NCBI GenBank assembly: GCA_964016885.1
Contig: OZ024740.1
Location: 407,340,001 to 407,404,000 of the forward strand
Source: Eledone cirrhosa
Lineage: Eukaryota
DNA: 64,000 nt
Reading direction: 5' to 3'
Below, one piece after another: positions 1-15,500 of the stretch. The notes below the pieces were generated by a model. That model worked only from the letters and a program-made list of their open reading frames with translations, made no database searches and had not been told where the DNA came from. How positions within the stretch are numbered: the stretch's first letter is position 1; every line of letters begins with the position of its first letter. The translations under genes and the position numbers were made by a program.

Positions 1-1344
1 CAAGACACTACATAGCAATGTGGCCCACTGACAAGACACTACATAGCAATGTGGCCCACTGACAAGACACTGAATAGCAATGTGGCCCACTGACAAGACA
101 CTACATAGCAATGTGACAGACTGACAAGACACTGAATAGCAATGTGGCCCACTGACAAGACACTACATAGCAATGTGGCTCACTGACAAGACACTGAATA
201 GCAATGTGACAGACTGACAAGACACTGAATAGCAATGTAGCCCACTGACAAGACACTGAATAGCAATGTGGCCCACTGACAAGACACTACATAGCAATGT
301 GGCTCACTGACAAGACACTGAATAGCATTGTGGCTCACTGACAAGATACTACATAGCAATGTGGCCGAGAGACAAGACACTGAATAGCAATGTGGCCCAC
401 TGACAAAACACTACATAGTAATGTGGCCCACTGACAAGACACTACATAGCAATGTGGCCCACTGACAAGACACTACATAGCAATATGGCCCACTGACAAG
501 ACACTACATAGCAATGTGGCCCACTAACAAGACACTACATAGCAATGTGACCCACTGACAAGACACTGAATAGCAATGTGGGTTACTGACGAGACACTGA
601 ATAGCAATGTGGCCCACTGACAAGACACTACCTAGCAATGTGGCCCACTGACAAGACACTACATAGCAATGTGTCCCACTGACAAGACATTGAATAGCAA
701 TGTGGCCCACTGACAAGACACTACATAACAATGTGGCCCACTGACAAGACACTGAATAGCAATGTGGCCCACTGACAAGACACTGAATAGCAATGTGTCT
801 CACTGACAAGACACTACATAGCAATGTGGCCCACTGACAAGACACTGAATAGCAATGTGGCCCACTGACAAGACACTGAATAGCAATGTGGCCCACTGAC
901 AAGACACTGAATAGCAATGTGGCCCACTAACAAGACACTACATAGCAATGTGGATCACTGACAAGACACTGAATAGCAATGTGACACACTGACAAGACAC
1001 TGAATAGCAATGTGTCCCACTGACAAGACACTGAATAGCTATGTGGCTCACTGACAAGATACTACATAGCAACGTGGCCGAGAGACAAGACACTGAATAG
1101 CAATGTGACAGACTGACAAGACACTGAATAGCAATGTGACAGACTGACAAGACACTGAATAGCAATGTGGCCCACTGACAAGACACTGAATAGCAATGTG
1201 GCCCACGGACAAGACACTGAATAGCAATGTGGCCCACTGACAAGACACTGAATAGCAATGTGGCTCACTGACAAGATACTACACAGCAATTTGGCCGAGA
1301 GACAAGACACTGAATAGCAATGTGACAGACTGACAAGACACTGA

Positions 1345-3570
1345 ATAGCAATGTGACAGACTGACAAGACACTGAATAGCAATGTGGCCCACTGACAAGA
1401 CCCTACATAGCAATGTGGCCCACTAACAAGACACTGAATAGGAATGTGAGAGACTGACAAGACACTGAATAGCAATGTGGCCCACTGACAAGACACGACA
1501 TAGCAATGTGGATCACTGCCAAGACACTGAATAGCAATGTGACAGACTGACAAAACACTGAATAGCAATGTGGCCCACTGACAAGACACTACATAGCAAT
1601 GTGGCTCACTGACAAGACACTACATAGCAATGTGGCCCACTGACAAGACACTACATAGCAATGTGGCCCACTGACAAGACACTGAATAGCAATGTGGGCC
1701 ACTGACAAGACACTACATAGCAATGTGGCTCACTGACAAGACACTGAATAGCAATGTGACAGACTGACAAGACACTGAATAGCAATGTGGCCCACTGACA
1801 AGACACTGAATAGCAATGTGGCCCACTGACAAGACACTGAATAGCAATGTGGCCCACTGACAAGTCACTACATAGCAATGTGGCCCACTGACAAGACACT
1901 GAATAGCAATGTGGCCCACTTACAAGACACTGAATAGCAATGTGGCCCACTGACAAAACACTACATAGCAATGTGGCCCATTGACAAGACACTACATAGC
2001 AATGTGGCCCACTGACAAGACACTACATAGCAATGTGGCCCACTGATAAGACACTGAATAGCAATGTGGCCCACTGACAAGACACTGAATAGCAATGTGG
2101 CCCACTGACAAGACTCTGCATAGAAATGTGGCCCACTGACAAAACACTACATAGCAATGTGGCCCACTGACAAGACTCTGCATAGCAATGTGGCCCACTG
2201 ACAAGACACTACATAGCAATGTGGCCCACTGACAAGATGTTGAATAGCAATGTGGCCCACTGACAAGACACTACATAGCAATGTGGCCCACTGACAAGAT
2301 GTTGAATAGCAATGTGGCCCACTGACAAGACACTGAATAGCAATGTGGCTCACTGACAAGATACTACATAGCAACGTGGCCGAAAGACAAGACACTGAAT
2401 AGCAATGTGACAGACTGACAAGACATTGAATAGCAATGTGACAGACTGACAAGACACTGAATAGCAATGTGGCCCACTGACAAGACCCTACATAGCAATG
2501 TGGCCCACTAACAAGACACTGAATAGGAATGTGAGAGACTGACAAGACACTGAATAGCAATGTGGCCCACTGACAAGACACGACATAGCAATGTGGATCA
2601 CTGACAAGACACTGAATAGCAATGTGACAGACTGACAAAACACTGAATAGCAATGTGGCCCACTGACAAGACACTACATAGCAATGTGGCTCACTGACAA
2701 GACACTACATAGCAATGTGGCCCACTGACAAGACACTACATAGCAATGTGGCCCACTGACAAGACACTGAATAGCAATGTGGGCCACTGACAAGACACTA
2801 CATAGCAATGTGGCTCACTGACAAGACACTGAATAGCAATGTGACAGACTGACAAGACACTGAATAGCAATGTGGCCCACTGACAAGACACTGAATAGCA
2901 ATGTGGCCCACTGACAAGACACTGAATAGCAATGTGGCCCACTGACAAGTCACTACATAGCAATGTGGCCCACTGACAAGACACTGAATAGCAATGTGGC
3001 CCACTTACAAGACACTGAATAGCAATGTGGCCCACTGACAAAACACTACATAGCAATGTGGCCCATTGACAAGACACTACATAGCAATGTGGCCCACTGA
3101 CAAGACACTACATAGCAATGTGGCCCACTGATAAGACACTGAATAGCAATGTGGCCCACTGACAAGACACTGAATAGCAATGTGGCCCACTGACAAGACT
3201 CTGCATAGAAATGTGGCCCACTGACAAAACACTACATAGCAATGTGGCCCACTGACAAGACTCTGCATAGCAATGTGGCCCACTGACAAGACACTACATA
3301 GCAATGTGGCCCACTGACAAGATGTTGAATAGCAATGTGGCCCACTGACAAGACACTACATAGCAATGTGGCCCACTGACAAGATGTTGAATAGCAATGT
3401 GGCCCACTGACAAGACACTGAATAGCAATGTGGCTCACTGACAAGATACTACATAGCAACGTGGCCGAAAGACAAGACACTGAATAGCAATGTGACAGAC
3501 TGACAAGACATTGAATAGCAATGTGACAGACTGACAAGACACTGAATAGCAATGTGGCCCACTGACAAGA
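1345..3570. repeat. Tandem duplication with 1085-bp (35-monomer) period
   Basis: Identical ORFs at 1651/2736, 1713/2798 and 1992/3077 (offset 1085 = 35x31). Rare variants GACCCTACA, ATAGGAATGTGAGAGAC and GACTCTGCATAGAAATG recur at this offset. Confidence 0.9.
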
Positions 3571-6299
3571 CACTGAATAGCAATGTGGCCCACTGACAAG
3601 ACACTGAATAGCAATGTGGCCCACTGACAAGACACTGAATAGCAAAGTGGCTCACTGACAAGATACTACATAGCAACGTGGCCGAGAAACAAGACACTGA
3701 ATAGCAATGTGGCCCACTGACAAGACACGACATAGCAATGTGGCTCACTGACAAGACACTGAATAGCAATGTGACAGACTGACAAGACACTGAATAGCAA
3801 TGTGGCCCACTGACAAGACACTACATAGCAATGTGGCTCACTGACAAGACACTACATAGCAATGTGGCCCACTGACAAGACACTAAATAGCAATGTGGCC
3901 CACTGACAAGACACTACATAGCAATGTGGCTCACTGACAAGACACTGAATAGCAATGTCACAGACTGACAAGACACTGAATAGCAATGTGACAGACTGAC
4001 AAGACACTGAATAGCAATGTGGCCTACTGACAAGACACTACATAGCAATGTGGCCCACTGACAAGACACTGAATAGCAATGTGGCCCACTGACAAGACAC
4101 TACATAGCAATGTGGCTCACTGACAAGACACTACATAGCAATGTGGCCCACTGACAAGACACTGAATACTAATGTGGCCCACTGACAAGACACTACATAG
4201 CAATGTGGCCCACTGACAAGACACTGAATAGCAATGTGGCCCACTGACAAGACACTACATAGCAATGTGGCCCACTGACAAGACACAACATAGCAATGTG
4301 GCCCACTGACAAGACACTACATAGCAATGTGGCCCACTGACAAGACACTGAATAGCAATGTGGCCCACTGACAAGACACTACATAGCAATGTGGCTCACT
4401 GACAAGACACTGAATAGCAATGTGGCCCACTGACAAGACACTACATAGCAATGTGGCTCACTGACAAGACACTTAATAGCAATGTGGCCCACTGACAAAA
4501 CACTGAATAGCAATGTTGCCCACTGACAAGACACTACATAGCAATGTGGCCCACTGACAAGACACTACATAGCAATGTGGCCCACTGACAAGACACTGAA
4601 TAGCAATGTGGCCCACTGACAAGACACTACATAGCAATGTGACAGACTGACAAGACACTGAATAGCAATGTGGCCCACTGACAAGACACTACATAGCAAT
4701 GTGGCTCACTGACAAGACACTGAATAGCAATGTGACAGACTGACAAGACACTGAATAGCAATGTAGCCCACTGACAAGACACTGAATAGCAATGTGGCCC
4801 ACTGACATGACACTACATAGCAATGTGGCTCACTGACAAGACACTGAATAGCATTGTGGCTCACTGACAAGATACTACATAGCAATGTGGCCGAGAGACA
4901 AGACACTGAATAGCAATGTGGCCCACAGACAAGGCACACAATAGCAATGTGGCCCACTGACAAGACACTGAATAGCAATGTGGCCCACTGACAAGACACT
5001 ACATAGCAATATGGCCCACTGACAAGACACTACATAGCAATGTGGCCCACTAACAAGACACTACATAGCAATGTGACCCACTGACAAGACACTGAATAGC
5101 AATGTGGGTTACTGACGAGACACTGAATAGCAATGTGGCCCACTGACAAGACACTACCTAGCAATGTGGCCCACTGACAAGACACTACATAGCAATGTGT
5201 CCCACTGACAAGACATTGAATAGCAATGTGGCCCACTAACAAGACACTACATAGCAATGTGACCCACTGACAAGACACTGAATAGCAATGTGGGTTACTG
5301 ACGAGACACTGAATAGCAATGTGGCCCACTGACAAGACACAACATAACAATGTGGCCCACTGACAAGACACTGAATAGCAATGTGGCCCACTGACAAGAC
5401 ACTGAATAGCAATGTGTCTCACTGACAAGACACTACATAGCAATGTGGCCCACTGACAAGACACTGAATAGCAATGTGGCCCACTGACAAGACACTGAAT
5501 AGCAATGTGGCCCACTGACAAGGCACTGAATAGCAATGTGGCCCACTAACAAGACACTACATAGCAATGTGGCTCACTGACAAGACACTGAATAGCAATG
5601 TGACACACTGACAAGACACTGAATAGCAATGTGTCCCACTGACAAGACACTGAATAGCTATGTGGCTCACTGACAAGATACTACATAGCAACGTGGCCGA
5701 GAGACAAGACACTGAATAGCAATGTGGCCCGCTGACAAGACGCTACATAGCAATGTGGCCCACTGACAAGACCCTACATAGCAATGTGGCCCACTAACAA
5801 GACACTGAATAGCAATGTGACAGACTGACAAGACACTGAATAGCAATGTGGCCCACTGACAAGACACGACATAGCAATGTGGCTCACTGACAAGACACTG
5901 AATAGCAATGTGACAGACTGACAAGACACTGAATAGCAATGTGGCCCACTGACAAGACACTACATAGCAATGTGGCTCACTGACAAGACACTACATAGCA
6001 ATGTGGCCCACTGACAAGACACTACATAGCAATGTGGCCCACTGACAAGACACTGAATAGCAATGTGGGCCACTGACAAGACACTACATAGCAATGTGGC
6101 TCACTGACAAGACACTGAATAGCAATGTGACAGACTGACAAGACACTGAATAGCAATGTGACAGACTGACAAGACACTGAATAGCAATGTGGCCCACTGA
6201 CAAGACACTACATAGCAATGTGGCCCACTGACAAGACACTGAATAGCAATGTGGCCCACTGACAAGACACTACATAGCAATGTGGCCCACTGACAAGAC

Positions 6300-9200
6300 A
6301 CTGAATAGCAATGTGGCTCACTGACAAGACACTACACAGCAATGTGGCCCACTGACAAGACACTGAATCGCAATGTGGCCCACTGACAAGACACTACATA
6401 GCAATGTGGCCCACTGACAAGACACTACATAGCAATGTGGCCCACTGACAAGACACTGAATAGCAATGTGGCCCACTGACAAGACAGTACATAGCAATGT
6501 GGTTCACTGACAAGACACTGAATAGCAATGTGGCCCACTGACAAGACACTACATAGCAATGTGACTCACTGACAAGACACTGAATAGCAATGTGGCCCAC
6601 TGACAAGACACTACATAGCAATGTGGCTCACTGACAAGACACTGAATAGCAATGTGGCCCACTGACAAGACACTGAATAGCAATGTGGCCCACTGACAAA
6701 ACACTGAATAGCAATGTGGCCCACTGACAAGACACTGAATAGCAATGTGGCCCACTGACAAGACACTGAATAGCAATGTGGCCCACAGACAAGACACTGA
6801 ATAGCAATGTGGCCCACTGACAAGACACTACATAGCAATGTGGCCCACTGACAAGGCACTGAATAGCAATGTAGGTCACTGACGAGACACTGAATAGCAA
6901 TGTGGCCCACTGACAAGACACTGAATAGCAATGTGGCCCACTGACAAAACACTGAATAGCAATGTGGCCCACTGACAAGGCACTGAATAGCAATGTAGGT
7001 CACTGACGAGACACTGAATAGCAATGTGGCCCACTGACAAGACACTGAATAGCAATGTGGCCCACTGACAAGACACTACATAGCAATGTGGCCCACTGAC
7101 AAGACACTGAATAGCAATGTGGCCCACTGACAAGACACTACATAGCAATGTGGCTCACTGACAAGACACTGAATAGCAATGTCACAGACTGACAAGACAC
7201 TGAATAGCAATGTGACAGACTGACAAGACACTGAATAGCAATGTGGCCCACTGACAAGACACTACATAGCAATGTGGCCCACTGACAAGACACTGAATAG
7301 CAATGTGGCCCACTGACAAGACACTACATAGCAATGTGGCTCACTGACAAGACACTACATAGCAATGTGGCCCACTGACAAGACACTGAATACTAATGTG
7401 GCCCACTGACAAGACACTACATAGCAATGTGGCCCACTGACAAGACACTGAATAGCAATGTGGCCCACTGACAAGACACTACATAGCAATGTGGCCCACT
7501 GACAAGACACAACATAGCAATGTGGCCCACTGACAAGACACTACATAGCAATGTGGCCCACTGACAAGACACTGAATAGCAATGTGGCCCACTGACAAGA
7601 CACTACATAGCAATGTGGCTCACTGACAAGACACTGAATAGCAATGTGGCCCACTGACAAGACACTACATAGCAATGTGGCTCACTGACAAGACACTTAA
7701 TAGCAATGTGGCCCACTGACAAGACACTACATAGCAATGTGGCCCACTGACAAGACACTGAATAGCAATGTGGCCCACTGACAAGACACTACATAGCAAT
7801 GTGGCCCACTGACAAGACACTGAATAGCAATGTGGCTCACTGACAAGACACTACACAGCAATGTGGCCCACTGACAAGACACTGAATCGCAATGTGGCCC
7901 ACTGACAAGACACTACATAGCAATGTGGCCCACTGACAAGACACTACATAGCAATGTGGCCCACTGACAAGACACTGAATAGCAATGTGGCCCACTGACA
8001 AGACAGTACATAGCAATGTGGTTCACTGACAAGACACTGAATAGCAATGTGGCCCACTGACAAGACACTACATAGCAATGTGACTCACTGACAAGACACT
8101 GAATAGCAATGTGGCCCACTGACAAGACACTACATAGCAATGTGGCTCACTGACAAGACACTGAATAGCAATGTGGCCCACTGACAAGACACTGAATAGC
8201 AATGTGGCCCACTGACAAAACACTGAATAGCAATGTGGCCCACTGACAAGACACTGAATAGCAATGTGGCCCACTGACAAGACACTGAATAGCAATGTGG
8301 CCCACAGACAAGACACTGAATAGCAATGTGGCCCACTGACAAGACACTACATAGCAATGTGGCCCACTGACAAGGCACTGAATAGCAATGTAGGTCACTG
8401 ACGAGACACTGAATAGCAATGTGGCCCACTGACAAGACACTGAATAGCAATGTGGCCCACTGACAAAACACTGAATAGCAATGTGGCCCACTGACAAGGC
8501 ACTGAATAGCAATGTAGGTCACTGACGAGACACTGAATAGCAATGTGGCCCACTGACAAGACACTGAATAGCAATGTGGCCCACTGACAAGACACTACAT
8601 AGCAATGTGGCCCACTGACAAGACACTGAATAGCAATGTGGCCCACTGACAAGACACTACATAGCAATGTGGCTCACTGACAAGACACTGAATAGCAATG
8701 TCACAGACTGACAAGACACTGAATAGCAATGTGACAGACTGACAAGACACTGAATAGCAATGTGGCCCACTGACAAGACACTACATAGCAATGTGGCCCA
8801 CTGACAAGACACTGAATAGCAATGTGGCTCACTGACAAGACACTACACAGCAATGTGGCCCACTGACAAGACACTGAATCGCAATGTGGCCCACTGACAA
8901 GACACTACATAGCAATGTGGCCCACTGACAAGACACTACATAGCAATGTGGCCCACTGACAAGACACTGAATAGCAATGTGGCCCACTGACAAGACAGTA
9001 CATAGCAATGTGGTTCACTGACAAGACACTGAATAGCAATGTGGCCCACTGACAAGACACTACATAGCAATGTGACTCACTGACAAGACACTGAATAGCA
9101 ATGTGGCCCACTGACAAGACACTACATAGCAATGTGGCTCACTGACAAGACACTGAATAGCAATGTGGCCCACTGACAAGACACTGAATAGCAATGTGGC

Positions 9201-12200
9201 CCACTGACAAAACACTGAATAGCAATGTGGCCCACTGACAAGACACTGAATAGCAATGTGGCCCACTGACAAGACACTGAATAGCAATGTGGCCCACAGG
9301 CAAGACACTGAATAGCAATGTGGCCCACTGACAAGACACTACATAGCAATGTGGCCCACTGACAAGGCACTGAATAGCAATGTAGGTCACTGACGAGACA
9401 CTGAATAGCAATGTGGCCCACTGACAAGACACTGAATAGCAATGTGGCCCACTGACAAAACACTGAATAGCAATGTGGCCCACTGACAAGGCACTGAATA
9501 GCAATGTAGGTCACTGACGAGACACTGAATAGCAATGTGGCCCACTGACAAGACACTGAATAGCAATGTGGCCCACTGACAAGACACTACATAGCAATGT
9601 GGCCCACTGACAAGACACTGAATAGCAATGTGGCCCACTGACAAGACACTACATAGCAATGTGGCTCACTGACAAGACACTGAATAGCAATGTCACAGAC
9701 TGACAAGACACTGAATAGCAATGTGACAGACTGACAAGACACTGAATAGCAATGTGGCCTACTGACAAGACACTACATAGCAATGTGGCCCACTGACAAG
9801 ACACTGAATAGCAATGTGGCCCACTGACAAGACACTACATAGCAATGTGGCTCACTGACAAGACACTACATAGCAATGTGGCCCACTGACAAGACACTGA
9901 ATACTAATGTGGCCCACTGACAAGACACTACATAGCAATGTGGCCCACTGACAAGACACTGAATAGCAATGTGGCCCACTGACAAGACACTACATAGCAA
10001 TGTGGCCCACTGACAAGACACAACATAGCAATGTGGCCCACTGACAAGACACTACATAGCAATGTGGCCCACTGACAAGACACTGAATAGCAATGTGGCC
10101 CACTGACAAGACACTACATAGCAATGTGGCTCACTGACAAGACACTGAATAGCAATGTGGCCCACTGACAAGACACTACATAGCAATGTGGCTCACTGAC
10201 AAGACACTTAATAGCAATGTGGCCCACTGACAAAACACTGAATAGCAATGTTGCCCACTGACAAGACACTACATAGCAATGTGGCCCACTGACAAGACAC
10301 TACATAGCAATGTGGCCCACTGACAAGACACTGAATAGCAATGTGGCCCACTGACAAGACACTACATAGCAATGTGGCTCACTGACAAGACACTGAATAG
10401 CAATGTGGCCCACTGACAAGACACTACATAGCAATGTGGCTCACTGACAAGACACTTAATAGCAATGTGGCCCACTGACAAGACACTACATAGCAATGTG
10501 GCCCACTGACAAGACACTGAATAGCAATGTGGCCCACTGACAAGACACTACATAGCAATGTGGCCCACTGACAAGACACTGAATAGCAATGTGGCTCACT
10601 GACAAGACACTACACAGCAATGTGGCCCACTGACAAGACACTGAATCGCAATGTGGCCCACTGACAAGACACTACATAGCAATGTGGCCCACTGACAAGA
10701 CACTACATAGCAATGTGGCCCACTGACAAGACACTGAATAGCAATGTGGCCCACTGACAAGACAGTACATAGCAATGTGGTTCACTGACAAGACACTGAA
10801 TAGCAATGTGGCCCACTGACAAGACACTACATAGCAATGTGACTCACTGACAAGACACTGAATAGCAATGTGGCCCACTGACAAGACACTACATAGCAAT
10901 GTGGCTCACTGACAAGACACTGAATAGCAATGTGGCCCACTGACAAGACACTGAATAGCAATGTGGCCCACTGACAAAACACTGAATAGCAATGTGGCCC
11001 ACTGACAAGACACTGAATAGCAATGTGGCCCACTGACAAGACACTGAATAGCAATGTGGCCCACAGACAAGACACTGAATAGCAATGTGGCCCACTGACA
11101 AGACACTACATAGCAATGTGGCCCACTGACAAGGCACTGAATAGCAATGTAGGTCACTGACGAGACACTGAATAGCAATGTGGCCCACTGACAAGACACT
11201 GAATAGCAATGTGGCCCACTGACAAAACACTGAATAGCAATGTGGCCCACTGACAAGGCACTGAATAGCAATGTAGGTCACTGACGAGACACTGAATAGC
11301 AATGTGGCCCACTGACAAGACACTGAATAGCAATGTGGCCCACTGACAAGACACTACATAGCAATGTGGCCCACTGACAAGACACTGAATAGCAATGTGG
11401 CCCACTGACAAGACACTACATAGCAATGTGGCTCACTGACAAGACACTGAATAGCAATGTCACAGACTGACAAGACACTGAATAGCAATGTGACAGACTG
11501 ACAAGACACTGAATAGCAATGTGGCCCACTGACAAGACACTACATAGCAATGTGGCCCACTGACAAGACACTGAATAGCAATGTGGCTCACTGACAAGAC
11601 ACTACACAGCAATGTGGCCCACTGACAAGACACTGAATCGCAATGTGGCCCACTGACAAGACACTACATAGCAATGTGGCCCACTGACAAGACACTACAT
11701 AGCAATGTGGCCCACTGACAAGACACTGAATAGCAATGTGGCCCACTGACAAGACAGTACATAGCAATGTGGTTCACTGACAAGACACTGAATAGCAATG
11801 TGGCCCACTGACAAGACACTACATAGCAATGTGACTCACTGACAAGACACTGAATAGCAATGTGGCCCACTGACAAGACACTACATAGCAATGTGGCTCA
11901 CTGACAAGACACTGAATAGCAATGTGGCCCACTGACAAGACACTGAATAGCAATGTGGCCCACTGACAAAACACTGAATAGCAATGTGGCCCACTGACAA
12001 GACACTGAATAGCAATGTGGCCCACTGACAAGACACTGAATAGCAATGTGGCCCACAGACAAGACACTGAATAGCAATGTGGCCCACTGACAAGACACTA
12101 CATAGCAATGTGGCCCACTGACAAGGCACTGAATAGCAATGTAGGTCACTGACGAGACACTGAATAGCAATGTGGCCCACTGACAAGACACTGAATAGCA

Positions 12201-12500
12201 ATGTGGCCCACTGACAAAACACTGAATAGCAATGTGGCCCACTGACAAGGCACTGAATAGCAATGTAGGTCACTGACGAGACACTGAATAGCAATGTGGC
12301 CCACTGACAAGACACTGAATAGCAATGTGGCCCACTGACAAGACACTACATAGCAATGTGGCCCACTGACAAGACACTGAATAGCAATGTGGCCCACTGA
12401 CAAGACACTACATAGCAATGTGGCTCACTGACAAGACACTGAATAGCAATGTCACAGACTGACAAGACACTGAATAGCAATGTGACAGACTGACAAGACA
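6300..12500. repeat. Higher-order cassette (~0.9 kb) repeated five times, arranged as 992-bp pairs inside a 2759-bp (89-monomer) duplication; sixth partial copy at ~14700-15550
   Basis: The same ORF set starts at 6394, 7913, 8905, 10672, 11664 and 14795. Offsets 1519, 992, 1767 and 992 are all multiples of 31. Markers are CTACACAGC, GAATCGC, GACAGTAC and TGTAGGTCACTGACGAG. Confidence 0.9.
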
Positions 12501-15500
12501 CTGAATAGCAATGTGGCCTACTGACAAGACACTACATAGCAATGTGGCCCACTGACAAGACACTGAATAGCAATGTGGCCCACTGACAAGACACTACATA
12601 GCAATGTGGCTCACTGACAAGACACTACATAGCAATGTGGCCCACTGACAAGACACTGAATACTAATGTGGCCCACTGACAAGACACTACATAGCAATGT
12701 GGCCCACTGACAAGACACTGAATAGCAATGTGGCCCACTGACAAGACACTACATAGCAATGTGGCCCACTGACAAGACACAACATAGCAATGTGGCCCAC
12801 TGACAAGACACTACATAGCAATGTGGCCCACTGACAAGACACTGAATAGCAATGTGGCCCACTGACAAGACACTACATAGCAATGTGGCTCACTGACAAG
12901 ACACTGAATAGCAATGTGGCCCACTGACAAGACACTACATAGCAATGTGGCTCACTGACAAGACACTTAATAGCAATGTGGCCCACTGACAAAACACTGA
13001 ATAGCAATGTTGCCCACTGACAAGACACTACATAGCAATGTGGCCCACTGACAAGACACTACATAGCAATGTGGCCCACTGACAAGACACTGAATAGCAA
13101 TGTGGCCCACTGACAAGACACTACATAGCAATGTGACAGACTGACAAGACACTGAATAGCAATGTGGCCCACTGACAAGACACTACATAGCAATGTGGCT
13201 CACTGACAAGACACTGAATAGCAATGTGACAGACTGACAAGACACTGAATAGCAATGTAGCCCACTGACAAGACACTGAATAGCAATGTGGCCCACTGAC
13301 ATGACACTACATAGCAATGTGGCTCACTGACAAGACACTGAATAGCATTGTGGCTCACTGACAAGATACTACATAGCAATGTGGCCGAGAGACAAGACAC
13401 TGAATAGCAATGTGGCCCACAGACAAGGCACTGAATAGCAATGTGGCCCACTGACAAGACACTGAATAGCAATGTGGCCCACTGACAAGACACTACATAG
13501 CAATATGGCCCACTGACAAGACACTACATAGCAATGTGGCCCACTAACAAGACACTACATAGCAATGTGACCCACTGACAAGACACTGAATAGCAATGTG
13601 GGTTACTGACGAGACACTGAATAGCAATGTGGCCCACTGACAAGACACTACCTAGCAATGTGGCCCACTGACAAGACACTACATAGCAATGTGTCCCACT
13701 GACAAGACATTGAATAGCAATGTGGCCCACTGACAAGACACAACATAACAATGTGGCCCACTGACAAGACACTGAATAGCAATGTGGCCCACTGACAAGA
13801 CACTGAATAGCAATGTGTCTCACTGACAAGACACTACATAGCAATGTGGCCCACTGACAAGACACTGAATAGCAATGTGGCCCACTGACAAGACACTGAA
13901 TAGCAATGTGGCCCACTGACAAGACACTGAATAGCAATGTGGCCCACTAACAAGACACTACATAGCAATGTGGCTCACTGACAAGACACTGAATAGCAAT
14001 GTGACACACTGACAAGACACTGAATAGCAATGTGTCCCACTGACAAGACACTGAATAGCTATGTGGCTCACAGACAAGATACTACATAGCAACGTGGCCG
14101 AGAGACAAGACACTGAATAGCAATGTGGCCCGCTGACAAGACGCTACATAGCAATGTGGCCCACTGACAAGACCCTACATAGCAATGTGGCCCACTAACA
14201 AGACACTGAATAGCAATGTGACAGACTGACAAGACACTGAATAGCAATGTGGCCCACTGACAAGACACGACATAGCAATGTGGCTCACTGACAAGACACT
14301 GAATAGCAATGTGACAGACTGACAAGACACTGAATAGCAATGTGGCCCACTGACAAGACACTACATAGCAATGTGGCTCACTGACAAGACACTACATAGC
14401 AATGTGGCCCACTGACAAGACACTACATAGCAATGTGGCCCACTGACAAGACACTGAATAGCAATGTGGGCCACTGACAAGACACTACATAGCAATGTGG
14501 CTCACTGACAAGACACTGAATAGCAATGTGACAGACTGACAAGACACTGAATAGCAATGTGACAGACTGACAAGACACTGAATAGCAATGTGGCCCACTG
14601 ACAAGACACTACATAGCAATGTGGCCCACTGACAAGACACTGAATAGCAATGTGGCCCACTGACAAGACACTACATAGCAATGTGGCCCACTGACAAGAC
14701 ACTGAATAGCAATGTGGCTCACTGACAAGACACTACACAGCAATGTGGCCCACTGACAAGACACTGAATCGCAATGTGGCCCACTGACAAGACACTACAT
14801 AGCAATGTGGCCCACTGACAAGACACTACATAGCAATGTGGCCCACTGACAAGACACTGAATAGCAATGTGGCCAACTGACAAGACAGTACATAGCAATG
14901 TGGTTCACTGACAAGACACTGAATAGCAATGTGGCCCACTGACAAGACACTACATAGCAATGTGACTCACTGACAAGACACTGAATAGCAATGTGGCCCA
15001 CTGACAAGACACTACATAGCAATGTGGCTCACTGACAAGACACTGAATAGCAATGTGGCCCACTGACAAGACACTGAATAGCAATGTGGCCCACTGACAA
15101 AACACTGAATAGCAATGTGGCCCACTGACAAGACACTGAATAGCAATGTGGCCCACTGACAAGACACTGAATAGCAATGTGGCCCACAGACAAGACACTG
15201 AATAGCAATGTGGCCCACTGACAAGACACTACATAGCAATGTGGCCCACTGACAAGGCACTGAATAGCAATGTAGGTCACTGACGAGACACTGAATAGCA
15301 ATGTGGCCCACTGACAAGACACTGAATAGCAATGTGGCCCACTGACAAAACACTGAATAGCAATGTGGCCCACTGACAAGGCACTGAATAGCAATGTAGG
15401 TCACTGACGAGGCACTGAATAGCAATGTGGCCCACTGACAAGACACTGAATAGCAATGTGGCCCACTGACAAGACACTACATAGCAATGTGGCCCACTGA

